From Balanoglossus misakiensis (lineage: Eukaryota; Animalia; Hemichordata), in contig JBECUI020000039.1 of assembly GCA_040954595.2 (NCBI GenBank), positions 1 through 64,000 of the forward strand: a stretch of DNA of 64,000 bases. The letters are read 5' to 3'. The notes beneath the pieces are model-generated. The model saw only the letters and a program-made list of their open reading frames with translations. It was not told the DNA's origin and did not search any database. This document shows positions 10,361 through 21,049 of this stretch, piece by piece. Position 1 is the first letter of the stretch, and the number at the start of each line of letters is the position of its first letter. The position numbers were made by a program, and so were the translations under genes.

Positions 10361-11164
10361 CTATACCAATGAGGGAAGGGATAAACGCTGAATACTCTGA
10401 CAGGCACCAGTATGCACATTAATGCTGAGGATAACCCCACAGATGAGTGCTCGCTGGCTATCAACAATAACAGCACTATTTATGCGCTGTTTCAGAAAGC
10501 GTTCGAGACCACTTGCAGCATCAAAACCAATAACTCCATTGGCAGGGCCGCATGCACCGACATCGGAAATATATGCCGTATGTTCGTCGATAATCCGTTC
10601 ATCAGTCGTCTGAACATGCGTATGAGTGCCTAATACCACACTGACATTCCCTGCCATGTAGTAGGCAAAGGCTTCCTTTTCAGTCGATGATTCGCCATGA
10701 AAATCAACAATAATTACCTTGGTATCGTTTTTTAACCTCTTGCATAGCTTTCGTACCCCTTTGAAGGGACAATCAATGGTGGGTAAATACTGCCTGCCCT
10801 GCACATTGATAACAGCTACTTCAGTGTTTCGAACACGTAACTGATGCAGACCCGTGCCGGGGGCTTCGGATGAATAATTGCAAGGTCGAAGGAGGCGGGG
10901 CTCATGCCCCATGTATTCGCCAATACTTGCATCATGCCAAACATGATTTCCGGTCGTTATAACATCAATCCCCTGGGCAAAAAAGCTGGCAGCAAGATCA
11001 CTGGTAATACCGAAGCCATTATCAGCATTCTCCCCGTTGGCAATTGTAAGATCAATCGAATACTTACTCTGAAGCATCCGTACTCCCGTTAAGACCGCTC
11101 TGCTTCCTGGTAAACCAATAATGTCACCAAGAAACAGAACTTGTAGTATATCCTTAGCGGGCAT
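10361..11164 (-). CDS. ymdB: TIGR00282/YmdB-family metallophosphoesterase
   Basis: FLGDIIG, NGEN, TTGNH, VDFHGE, GTHTHVQT; follows rny as is usual. Confidence 0.93.
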   Translation of the reverse strand: MPAKDILQVLFLGDIIGLPGSRAVLTGVRMLQSKYSIDLTIANGENADNGFGITSDLAASFFAQGIDVITTGNHVWHDASIGEYMGHEPRLLRPCNYSSEAPGTGLHQLRVRNTEVAVINVQGRQYLPTIDCPFKGVRKLCKRLKNDTKVIIVDFHGESSTEKEAFAYYMAGNVSVVLGTHTHVQTTDERIIDEHTAYISDVGACGPANGVIGFDAASGLERFLKQRINSAVIVDSQRALICGVILSINVHTGACQSIQRLSLPSLV

Positions 11165-12682
11165 AATCAACTATCCGTGTTTCACGAATTAAGGTAACTC
11201 GTATTCTTCCCGGATATCGAATTTTTTTCTCTATAGCCAATGCAACTGAACGAGCTAACTCCCGCGCTTGTTCATCGTTGACTTGTTCATTGTTTACAAT
11301 AATTCTGAGCTCTCTGCCTGCCTGAATGGCATAAGCCTTATCAATGCCCTCAAAATCATTGGCAATACTCTCCAGGTTTTTAACCGTTTGAGATAGTTTT
11401 CCAAGATTTCCTTCCGGGCTCCAGGGCGTGAGGCAGATAGGGAATCGGTAATCTGTACAACAATGGCTTCCGGCGTCTCACTTGGCACATCGCCATGGTG
11501 GGCAGCAATAGCATTGATGACCTCAGGTGATTCCTCACACCGTTTTGCAAGTTCAACGCCAAGTTCAACATGACTTGCCTCTCGCTCCGAGATAACACCC
11601 TTTCCAATATCATGGAAGAGGGCACAGCGTTTTGCAAGCTCCCGGTCTGCTCCAATTTCCGAAGCTAACATGCCTGAAAGTACCGCAACTTCCTTGGAAT
11701 GTGCAAGTAGATTCTGACCATAGCTCGAACAAAGGGAAAGTCTGCCAAGAACGTAGATCATATCGGGATGGACATCGCTGATACCAAGATCAAAGAGGGT
11801 CTTTTCACCCATATCGTATATCTGTTTGTCTACCCGAGTTTTAATTTTTTCGACTACCTCTTCTATCTTCGTTGGATGAATTCGTCCATCCGAAACGAGG
11901 TACTCTAATGATTCACGAGCAACAACCCGCCGTACTGGATCAAAACAGGAAAGAACAACAACTTCCGAACCTTCGTCAATAATAAAATCAACGCCAGTAA
12001 GGGTTTCCAGCGTCTTAATATTCCGCCCTTCCTTACCAATAACTCGCCCTTTCATCTGTTCACTCGGCAAATTAACCGTAGTAACAGTCGTTTCGGCACT
12101 CACTTCTGAGGCCACTCGCTGCATGACACCAAGCAATACGTTCCGGGATAATTCATCTCCTTGTCGTACTGCAGCTTCTTCAATTTTTGTAATAATTACC
12201 TGCGCATCTCGTTGCGCTGTTTCTTCCACAGAAGCAATCAGCCGATCACGGGCTTCATCTCTGCTTAACTGTGCTATCTTTCCTAATTCGTTTTCTAATT
12301 TCTCTGCATGTCGTGATAAATCTTCCTCACGAACTGCTAATCTTTCCTCACGGTGCTCATAACTCTGTATTTTTCGATCAATAAGCGTTGATTTTCCTTC
12401 AAATTCCTTTACCAGTCGTTCTAATTTCTGCTCTTCTTTTCGCAGAATATTCTGGCGTTCCCGTATATCCTTCTCTTGCTCAATCCGGTGCCGTTCTACT
12501 TCTTCTCGAGATGCAAGTAATAGGTCCTTCTTATAGACCTCAACGTCCTTTTCAACATCTTTTCGAAGTCGTGCAGCCCTTTGCTCTGCAATTGATAACT
12601 GAAATTTTCCATATATAAATCTGACTATCCATCCGGTTATGATTCCCGCAAGAGGAAGAACAAAAAGTAATAGTAATGTCAT
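11154..12682 (-). CDS. rny: Ribonuclease Y, with a one-base frameshift near 11380
   Basis: TM helix, coiled coil, KH (KGRVIGKEGRNI), HD (FHDIGK); conserved C-terminus (AYAIQAGRELRI...YPGRIRVTLIRETR) continues in another frame to a stop at 11154; adding 1 nt gives 509 aa. Confidence 0.93.
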
Positions 12683-12910
12683 TATTCCTCCTCTTTTTGC
12701 TATTACACACTTTCTCGCCTACAACATATAAAATGTTGCTGTTATAAATTAAAGATACCATGTATCCCTTATTACAGGACAAATAATAAATATTTTATCT
12801 GCAATTCTTTTTATTGCTTTGTAGCTTGGCCAAAACCTCCTGTTTTCGGTGCATTCAGGCTACTTGCCTCCAAAGAGACGTCGTAATACATAAGCCTGAT
12901 ATTCTATATA
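12683..12910 (-). promoter_or_regulatory. Long structured 5' leader of rny (candidate cis-regulatory RNA)
   Basis: About 230 nt between a strong promoter and the rny start, with five hairpins visible by eye. Confidence 0.45.
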
Positions 12911-12916
12911 CATCTA

Positions 12917-12945
12917 ATTATAATACATGTTAGAAAAAAAAGCAA
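12917..12945 (-). promoter_or_regulatory. Sigma70-type promoter of rny-ymdB
   Basis: TTGCTT-17-TATAAT on the minus strand. Confidence 0.65.
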
Positions 12946-12958
12946 GCCTTTTTTTCTT
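12931..12958 (-). terminator. Possible intrinsic terminator downstream of the VOC gene
   Basis: Inverted repeat AGAAAAAAAGGC-TT-GCTTTTTTTTCT; the GC core is short. Confidence 0.4.
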
Positions 12959-13018
12959 AAAAATAAAATATTACCCCCCCTATCGGAAGGAATATTAGAG
13001 ATTATAAATGTTATTTTA

Positions 13019-14095
13019 TTATACAGACATCCGAGATGTTGGGAACTTTCGTTGCTTGAATTTCAACATCCAGAGCAGGTAAGCAGGGAGAACCTTTGTA
13101 CGGTTTTTTAGATTAACCTCAAAGTTTTTTTGTAGTGGGAGTGTATAAATTTCTTCGCATTTAACGGGGCTGCCGTCTGGATCCTCAATATAGACAAAAC
13201 GACGATCAACGACATCCGAAGTAAAGTCGTTTTTGCTGTCAATGCTAATGCGAAAGCCCATTTCCTTTACTCGGGCGACGAATGCATCCATTCCTACGAC
13301 ACCAAGACAAGGATGAATAAACCCCGGGTCCCCCCATAATCGACCCTCATAAATAGCTTTTGCCTTCCGGTCTACTGCAACAACGAGCTCAATATAATTC
13401 ATGCCGAGAAATCGCCCGAGCGGGCCCCTGTTGCCGACATGGCGAAGTAATACGCGTCTATACCTATCCTTGTTACCCGGTAAACCAACAAAGTCCGAAC
13501 AAACGCCGGTAACATCATACTGTACCGTAAACCCGAGTAAATCCCGATAAAATCGAAGAGCCTCATCAATGTCCGATACCCCTATCATGACACCGGATAC
13601 CCCACCGAGATCACGCGGCTTTATAAACCAGTCATTGCTTTGTGCAAGGTCAAAAACGTTGCCGGTAGGATCACAGATGTAAAAATGTTCAGTCCCGTCG
13701 GGATCTTTATGCGGTTCGTCTATAAGATCGTCGTTGTGTGCATAAAAGGCATCGTAGGTAGGTAATAGATCACGACATTTTATGCGCGTAGCAAATACGC
13801 CGAAATCGCCGGGCACAATGCCTTCGTAGGTATTTTCAGGTTGTCTGCTTTGGAACTGGCAGATGTCCAGTCCTCCGCCACCGTGTCTGTTCAAAACATG
13901 AACATTTGCCATCTTATGGATCGCTCCCCCTGTATAGGGATACATGCGAACTGCCGCTCCACTCTCATAAGACATTCGAATATTCATGCCAAGTGCCGTG
14001 TTGTACCAATGTTCCGATAGTTCTACATTATGGGTTCCGACACCGACATGCTGTATGCCACTAATAATATACTCAGCAGGTTCTGCCTTCTTCAC
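13019..14095 (-). CDS. Double-domain VOC (glyoxalase-like) family protein
   Basis: GIQHVGVG, DPTGNVFDL, IGVSDIDEALRFYRDLLGF, YIEDPDG; GTG start at 14095 chosen because TATACT lies 6 nt upstream. Confidence 0.85.
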   Translation of the reverse strand: MKKAEPAEYIISGIQHVGVGTHNVELSEHWYNTALGMNIRMSYESGAAVRMYPYTGGAIHKMANVHVLNRHGGGGLDICQFQSRQPENTYEGIVPGDFGVFATRIKCRDLLPTYDAFYAHNDDLIDEPHKDPDGTEHFYICDPTGNVFDLAQSNDWFIKPRDLGGVSGVMIGVSDIDEALRFYRDLLGFTVQYDVTGVCSDFVGLPGNKDRYRRVLLRHVGNRGPLGRFLGMNYIELVVAVDRKAKAIYEGRLWGDPGFIHPCLGVVGMDAFVARVKEMGFRISIDSKNDFTSDVVDRRFVYIEDPDGSPVKCEEIYTLPLQKNFEVNLKNRTKVLPAYLLWMLKFKQRKFPTSRMSV

Positions 14096-14162
14096 AGTAA
14101 TAGTATACAATACTACAAAAATTTTATCTACAAAGACAGCCGAAACAGTGCATCAAATATTC

Positions 14163-14774
14163 TTAAACCCAACTCCAGATAGATATAGCAAGGGAGAGCA
14201 AAACAAGACTGCTACTTATGAACCAAGCAAAATGGCTGCTCTTTATGGGTACAATGTCCTGGGTGCTCGGGCTGCTTTGCCCACTTTGATAGACCCGCAG
14301 AAGTAATTGATCGACATCACGTGCCAGATGTTTGATATGCAATTTTTTTCTATGGTCTACAAGCTGATCGAAATAAAAGAACGTTTGCATGAGTAAGCCA
14401 CCTAGTTTCCCGGGTATAACCAGATCCTTGCGAATGGAGAAGAGAGATACAAAGACCATCCCACAGAGGGTAAGGCCCTTTTCCAAGCCGAGAACAAAGG
14501 CAGTTTGGGTAATAGTAAGGGGACCTAGCTCCAGTAATACCTTTCCAATTGGGTTAAACTGATGAAAAAAGACCGATGCGGTACAAATAATGGAAAAATA
14601 CAGCCACCTGATCCGTTTTCCAACATAGACCGCAAGAAGTGCAAAGAGCAGGGTAAATATCCCCCGAACAAGAAGCCCACGGCTGAGAAGAAAGAAACAG
14701 AGCATAAAAATTCCAGTACAACATTGGAGTGAGGCAGAAAAAGACCGGAGGAATAAGCTATTTTTTATAGTCAT
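14163..14774 (-). CDS. Membrane protein resembling an ECF transporter T component
   Basis: Multiple TM helices, PIGKVLLELGPLTIT..GLEKG; overlaps the Gx transporter stop. Confidence 0.55.
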   Translation of the reverse strand: MTIKNSLFLRSFSASLQCCTGIFMLCFFLLSRGLLVRGIFTLLFALLAVYVGKRIRWLYFSIICTASVFFHQFNPIGKVLLELGPLTITQTAFVLGLEKGLTLCGMVFVSLFSIRKDLVIPGKLGGLLMQTFFYFDQLVDHRKKLHIKHLARDVDQLLLRVYQSGQSSPSTQDIVPIKSSHFAWFISSSLVLLSLAISIWSWV

Positions 14775-15286
14775 CTCTTACATATTGCAACCAAGAAGAT
14801 ACACCGGAAAAGGATTCGGTTATATACCCAAGAACTGCACCGCTTGCACTGCCTAATACAACGAGCGGAAGGAATACCGGCCATGAAGAATTCCCAAATA
14901 TAAAGGTAACGGAGAAGAACATTTGCACAATATTGCTTGTTAATGCTCCAGCAGTGCCGATACCAACCAAACTGATGTTTTCAGACGATATACGAGATAA
15001 AAGATACATTACCAATACACTGGAAAGGGTACCGGAGAGAGAAAAAAGAAAAACATAGGAGGCGAGGGTGCCGTGTAACAAGGCCTGCGTGTAACAAGGC
15101 CTGACTCAATGTTTTCAGGAGGGCGAGTATGATAATATGCTTGAAATTCATCATGCGCAGAGACAACATGATTGGTATGTTGGCAATGCCAATACGAAAA
15201 AATGGGAGCGGCTTGGGAATAAGATACTCAATCGATGCAAGAAATAATGACATTCCAGCCAAAAAGGCAACAATTCGTAGTTTCAT
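14758..15286 (-). pseudogene. Gx transporter family protein split by a 16-bp duplication
   Basis: IEYLIPKPLPFFRIGIANI N-half and FLFSLSG..SLVGIGTAGALTSN C-half; removing one repeat copy gives a single 170-aa ORF. Confidence 0.8.
15072..15103. repeat. Perfect 16-bp tandem duplication
   Basis: cgtgtaacaaggcctg twice (15072-15087, 15088-15103). Confidence 0.97.
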
Positions 15287-16586
15287 CTTCCGCAGGCACT
15301 ACTGTAGACTGCCAGTACCTCTCGGATATGATGATATATTAATTCCATCGGAGAACAGACAAGCCCCTCTTCGCGTACGGCAGCATACTGTAAGGGCATG
15401 AATTGCTTCAGCATTGAAAGCGGAATCGTTCTGTTCGCTAAGTTATTGAACAGTATGCCGATCCCTTGCTTAATTTCCTTTGCAGACCAGTAGTAGCGTA
15501 TCCGATCGCTGTAACTGTACTTGCGCTTTATCTTGCATTCTTCCTCACTGCCGTGATAATGCATGCGCCAGTATGCAGGATCTCGTTGCATTACATCTTC
15601 AACTATCGCCATAATATTGGAAGATGCTGTGCCACATAACTCATTCTCTATCGTAGCTAGATTGTAGAGCGCCTCTCGATAGGCAAATGTTACTGCGGTC
15701 CGACCTTCAAAATGCCGAAATGATCTTTCACCATCTGCCTTAATGACTCTTCGCGTTGATAGTCGGTAGAATGTGCCTCAAAGGTTATCTTTGGTACGGT
15801 GCGAATGAACCGGGTAAGCTGCTTCGTTTTGCTCTGATCATAATCAAAGACCTGATCATCTGAAAATTCAACCCCGGGTTGCACAACTAGAGCTATAACT
15901 CGCTGCCATGCCTCTTGTAGCCCATGCTCAAAAATATTCGGCGGTTACCTGTAGGGTCTGCTCAAGCTCCGCTAAGGAAGTGGGAATCGGTTTCTCATGT
16001 TCCGTCATTGCCCCGCCGGGTATCGGTACCTCAGTACCGACTTACATATACGGGAGGATCGGACATGTCCTTGCCTGTCTCCTCAAAGGCATGCTCAGCC
16101 GCCCTGCATAGCCTTGCAGCACGTTCTGCCACGACTGCATCGGGAAGTGGTTTCGACCGATCGCCCTCATCATCACCTAAAAACATACTTGCATCCAGAT
16201 GGATTTTGCGAAAACCGGCAGTAACTACAAACGAATCAACTCTTCTGCTAAGGCCATTGCATGTGAGGCCCGTTCATCCGCCAGGGATTGGGACCGAGAT
16301 GATCGCCGCCAAGTAGTATCTGCTCCGAGGTAGCTGCTCCTTGTCTGCGTGGCTGTGTACAAGTTAACAAAACGTTCAGGTGTCATGCCCGTATATCCCC
16401 CATATTGATTCACCTGATTTGATGTTGCTTCAACAAGTAAGAAGGAATCGCGTGCATGCCGGGCACTTGCCGATAGAACAGCCGGATGTGCGGAACAGAT
16501 AGAATATATGCCGACATGTTCCCGTCTTTGTTTTGTTGTAGACGACATAAAAAATCTCTCTTAGCGATATTCTGATTGTATTCCAT
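15283..16586 (-). pseudogene. gatZ: GatZ/KbaZ-family tagatose-6-phosphate epimerase/aldolase subunit, multiply frameshifted
   Basis: Motifs in shifting frames: [76 protein letters not shown]. Confidence 0.88.
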
Positions 16587-16660
16587 TGATACCGTTCTTG
16601 ATACTATTAAGAGTAATCTCTATACGACCCATAGTCAAGACAAAATATTTACAGTGCTTG

Positions 16661-17524
16661 CTATATCGCTTGGAGGCAGATCCCACCGGCAAAGGTACAG
16701 GTTCGGGCTGCTTCGACAATGCCAATCTCTATTCCCTCTTGCACCGAGTTGTTTTTCGCCACTACTTGATGCAAAAAGGCCGCTGCAAAGGTGTCTCCTG
16801 CCCCCGTAGTATCAACAACGCTGACTGTTTAGCCGGATACCGTTTACCTTGATAAAAGACCCCATCAGGACCATCTTTGACAATGGGGTTGCTGTTCGTT
16901 CTTGTAGTTTGCCGCTTGCCTCTTCGGGGCTCGAACTGCGAGTAATTGCCTTTGCCTCATCAGCATTGACAAAAAGATATGAAAGAAGGGGGAGCCATCT
17001 ATCCATGCCTTCCATTTCCCATGCTATCCCCATTGCGGATCCAGGGATGTCGTAAGTCCAAGACTACGCGCTTGGGTCAAGATCTCTTCGATATGTAATC
17101 GAAATGAAGATTGTAGATAGACCCCAGAAAATGGATATGCCGGTACTTCTTCGAGATGTTCCATAATTGCTCGTCTCCGTTAAATACGGCAATGCTTCCG
17201 GGATAGGTTATCTGTGAACGACTGCTGCCCCGGTTCAAGTTGACAGTTACCCCAGTCGCTACCCTGCCCACTTCTACCAGCGAACAATCCACCCCATAGT
17301 TCTGCAAACCCTCTCGCATAAAGCTACCGTAGGCATCATCTCCTGCCAAACCAACAAAACAGCTCTGCCACCAAGCCGGCATAATGGCAGGCATAATGAC
17401 TGCAGTACTCCATTGAAAGACTGTATGTCTTGCAAAAGATCTCCCTGTCTTCCTGTACCTGTCCAGAGAGCCCGCCCATATTAATGTCTACATTAATATC
17501 ACCGACAAAGAGGCTCCCCCTCAC
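16661..17524 (-). pseudogene. PfkB-family carbohydrate kinase, multiply frameshifted
   Basis: VGDINVDI start, VGLAGDDAYG, FVNADEA, and DTTGAGDTF at about 16787-16813 in a frame not shown in the ORF track. Confidence 0.85.
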
Positions 17525-18385
17525 GAAAACTCACCTACTCGCTGTATTTTCTTGCATATATCTCTCTTCTTTCGTCCGATAAACCGAAGAAAATTCTGTG
17601 CATACAGTTGTTCCCGCACTTAGCAGATACCCCGAGCTCGTTCATAATTTCTCCGTCTATGCGTAGCCATTCGCGGGTCCAATCCATATTATATTATTTG
17701 CGGAACTGTCGCTGCCGAATATAATGTTATGTTCCACATCGTATCCGATGGTAAAGAGCTTGGTAAGTACCTCCTTCCGATATATGGGTGGGGTGCCGGG
17801 AGAAATGTCGATAAACATCTCGACTGATGCTCCTGGACGACGTTCGTACATGTTCAGAAATTTTCCATATACTGCCAGACATTCATCATGCCAGGGCCAG
17901 GAAACATGGGCAAGGGTAAATTTAAGCCGATCAATTTCAATGAGTGCTTCAAAGGCTACCGGGCGGTTATACTGAGAGGATGGATTCCCGTCCCAGAATA
18001 TTCCCGAATGGAATAAAACCGGTTTATCAGCATGAGCAATCTGTTGGAGTATTGCCATGTTCCGAGGATCGCCCGGTGCGAAATGGTTTGTGCTTATCTT
18101 AAATCCATCCACTCCGCGCTCTACCGCCCGCTCTACCTGTTTTGCTGCGTCAGGTTCGGTTGGATCAATCCAATAAAAGGGATAGATATTCGTATGCCTG
18201 CCTTTCCACACCATGAGATTATCAAGACGCTCGGCATTACTATACTTCTCCCTAGCCAGTGGCACTGTGGGAGGTGATAGGGATATTAATTGAATGCCCT
18301 GAAAACCCATGAGATCCATTCGCCGAAGCAAGCTATCGGGATCGGGTGTGCCGTCATAAATATGATTATGTGCATCAATAATCAT
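17521..18385 (-). CDS. Amidohydrolase_2-family metal-dependent hydrolase, C-terminus frameshifted
   Basis: IIDAHNH, VLFHSG, LAHVSWP, IIFGSD; two 1-nt deletions near 17690 and 17620 would give 288 aa ending at the GTGA overlap with the kinase. Confidence 0.82.
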
Positions 18386-18396
18386 GTTGCTTCTCC

Positions 18397-19695
18397 TTAT
18401 TGCTGAATAAATTCCCTCATATCAATAAGTTTTCCTTGGTTCAGACGGGATTCTTCAGCTGCAAAGGACATGGCATGGCTTTTGACTGATTCTTGAAAAC
18501 TCGTGAGTGGCTGCACGTGCTGAGGCTTGCGTATATGTTCCAAAAAGTTTTTCAGTAAGCGCTCATCTCCTCCTCTTCCGTGATGAAATGCTTTCAAGAG
18601 TTTACTTTCCTTTCCCTCCTCGATGGCAAAACCCCCTACAGGAATCGATATCTTGCTTTTTTCACCAGTTGGAAAATGATACAGGGTCAACTCATTTTTT
18701 CCCATATCTCCCCGTATTTCCCCTTCTGTTCCCATAACCTTTATGGTACGGGAGATATCGGTTGTAAATGCAGACATGGTAAAAACTACAGTTATATCAT
18801 GTTCAAACTCCATCAAAAGAACCTGATGATCTACGACTGTATTATCACAGTGATATACACAACGACCGTAGGGTCCCTCCTCCAAAGCCTTGATAATGCC
18901 CTCCTCCGTTTGGTCTGTAGTCAATACCGTACTGGGCCAATGTCCCCGCTCCGACAGATACACACGCGGCGCATAATACGGACAACGATCTCGGTGTTCA
19001 CAACCATCCAAACAACGCTTCGGTGCTCCTTTCGGGGCATCGGAAGAAGTAAAATGAGTCAGGCTCCCCAATGAACTGAGACGAAGACAGTCGCATTGTA
19101 ATATGTAACGAAGTATGTCCATATCATGACAACTCTTTGCCAAAATCATGGGTGCAGAATCCTTATGTCGACTCCAATTCCCCCGAACAAAACTATGAGC
19201 CTGATGAACATGTCCGACATTTTCATTATGTTGTACGGTTACAACTCTGCCTATTGCCCCCTGTACCAGTAACTCATGCAGCTTGAAAAAAAACGGACTG
19301 TAGCGTAATACATGACAGACAGCTGTGCTTACACGATTTTTCTCCGCTTCCTGAGCTAATAATATACATTGCTCCATGGTCGGTGCCATTGGTTTTTCAA
19401 GTAAAACATGGTAGCCCTTTCGCATAGCGGCAACAGCTGGTTCCACGTGCAAAACATCGGGAGTAGCAATAATGGCGACATCAGCTAACTTTTCTTGTTG
19501 CAATAGGTCTTCCCACTGATTATAGGAACGCGCGGAGGGAATTTTGAGACGTTTTGCTACCTGTTCCCTCCACTGTTTCCTCGGTTCTGCCAAAGCAACA
19601 ATTTTGAACTCTTCAGGATGTTGTATAGCATAGGGCATAAATACATCTTGGGCCCGTGCACCCGCTCCAACAAGTATAGCACTAACCTTCTTCAT
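18397..19695 (-). CDS. Gfo/Idh/MocA-family NAD-dependent oxidoreductase
   Basis: VGAGAR Rossmann motif, LLEKPMA, HSFVRGNW, AKSCHDMD. Confidence 0.93.
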   Translation of the reverse strand: MKKVSAILVGAGARAQDVFMPYAIQHPEEFKIVALAEPRKQWREQVAKRLKIPSARSYNQWEDLLQQEKLADVAIIATPDVLHVEPAVAAMRKGYHVLLEKPMAPTMEQCILLAQEAEKNRVSTAVCHVLRYSPFFFKLHELLVQGAIGRVVTVQHNENVGHVHQAHSFVRGNWSRHKDSAPMILAKSCHDMDILRYILQCDCLRLSSLGSLTHFTSSDAPKGAPKRCLDGCEHRDRCPYYAPRVYLSERGHWPSTVLTTDQTEEGIIKALEEGPYGRCVYHCDNTVVDHQVLLMEFEHDITVVFTMSAFTTDISRTIKVMGTEGEIRGDMGKNELTLYHFPTGEKSKISIPVGGFAIEEGKESKLLKAFHHGRGGDERLLKNFLEHIRKPQHVQPLTSFQESVKSHAMSFAAEESRLNQGKLIDMREFIQQ

Positions 19696-19716
19696 ATATT
19701 CTCCTTATGGTATTAC

Positions 19717-21012
19717 CTAGTTCTTACTCGCATAAAATTCTTTACTCTCAGATGCTACTCGCTCAATAAACTCTTCTGGGGTAATTTTCCCGAATAATAA
19801 CGCGTCATCAAGACCGTAAAACACTCGCTCCAACCATTCCCCACTTAATCCGCGGATGCCGTCGTATTCGGGAAACGCCAGCCGTACATTGTCCAGATAA
19901 GGTTTAATACTGGACAGAATGGGCGGAAAATTCGCGCCTTTTCGTGCCGACATAGTTGAACTTACTTCAACATACCTATTCGCGTGCTCAAGCGATGAGA
20001 TAAATTTCAGAAAATCGACTGCTATGTCTGGATTCTTTGCCTGCTTCATAATGCCAAATCCAAAGAGAACACCTGCCATATCCAGCCGGTCTCCCACTCC
20101 GCCTTTCACTGTCGGAAAGGGGAAATATCCATAGTCAAAGCCATCTGCCGCATATTCACTGGTTTCTACTGCTATCCAGTTTCCTACATAAATTGCGGCT
20201 ATCTTTTGTTCGGTTGCCCATTCTCTCTGCGAGGCAGGCCAACTGCTGCCCGAATAATTGGGCTGAAAAAAATTGCTGCCTGATTCGCTCAGGGTATACA
20301 GCATATTTGCTACTTGAAGCCATTGAGGTGAGCGCCATGCATTGCCTGTTTTATCACGGCTTGCCGCGAGCAGTGCCCCCGGTCCCAAGACCCGTTCCGC
20401 CATGGTACTGAAGTAATACAGCCCGTAAAAGTTAACCAGACCATCCATAGCAAGAGGGGAAATGCCGCTTGCTTTTACCTGCTCGCCCCAACTAAGAAAT
20501 TCATCCCATGTCTCCGGTACATTCCATCCCTGTTCGGCAAACATGCCCTTGTCATAAAAGAAGCCACTGGTTACAAAATAATACGGGAATAGGTAATCGA
20601 TACCTCCCTGCTTGTAGGGTGAGCGAAATTTCTCATCAAAGATTTCTCCCATTACCTCACCGTCAGGACTGGTATCCGCATACAGATCGGTAAGCGGTAA
20701 GAGTTGTGCTTCCCCAGTCTCACCGAGAAATGCAGCAAACATTTCATCAAATTCTTGATCGACCAGATCAGGTGATTCCCCAATCGACAAGCGACTTCGT
20801 ACCTTCGTTAACACCTCTCTGCCTGAAAAATCAATATTTACCTGCACACCTGTTTGTTCAAAGTACTTCTCAGCCATCTCCCTCATAAACCCTGCCGGAC
20901 CTTCTTCGGGATTCCACATTGAAGCAATTTCCAATGTTTTTACCTCTGGTGCAGGACTTCCACAGCTTGCCAACAAAATAAACACACATAAAACAACATA
21001 CAAAAATTTCAT
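19717..21012 (-). CDS. Carbohydrate ABC transporter substrate-binding lipoprotein
   Basis: Lipobox LLASC, GFFYDKGMF..PETWDEF, YGYFPFP. Confidence 0.92.
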   Translation of the reverse strand: MKFLYVVLCVFILLASCGSPAPEVKTLEIASMWNPEEGPAGFMREMAEKYFEQTGVQVNIDFSGREVLTKVRSRLSIGESPDLVDQEFDEMFAAFLGETGEAQLLPLTDLYADTSPDGEVMGEIFDEKFRSPYKQGGIDYLFPYYFVTSGFFYDKGMFAEQGWNVPETWDEFLSWGEQVKASGISPLAMDGLVNFYGLYYFSTMAERVLGPGALLAASRDKTGNAWRSPQWLQVANMLYTLSESGSNFFQPNYSGSSWPASQREWATEQKIAAIYVGNWIAVETSEYAADGFDYGYFPFPTVKGGVGDRLDMAGVLFGFGIMKQAKNPDIAVDFLKFISSLEHANRYVEVSSTMSARKGANFPPILSSIKPYLDNVRLAFPEYDGIRGLSGEWLERVFYGLDDALLFGKITPEEFIERVASESKEFYASKN

Positions 21013-21049
21013 ATTTTTGCCCTCCTTTATAATAAAATCATAGTCTTTT

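Noticed and set aside
12683-12910. 6S RNA, since ssrS can lie upstream of rny
   Set aside because: No long closing stem with central bubble is visible and no zapA is adjacent; kept only as an unknown leader
15283-17700. Programmed frameshifting or an alternative genetic code
   Set aside because: Breaks are frame changes at varied non-slippery sites, and TAA, TAG and TGA all end conserved genes normally
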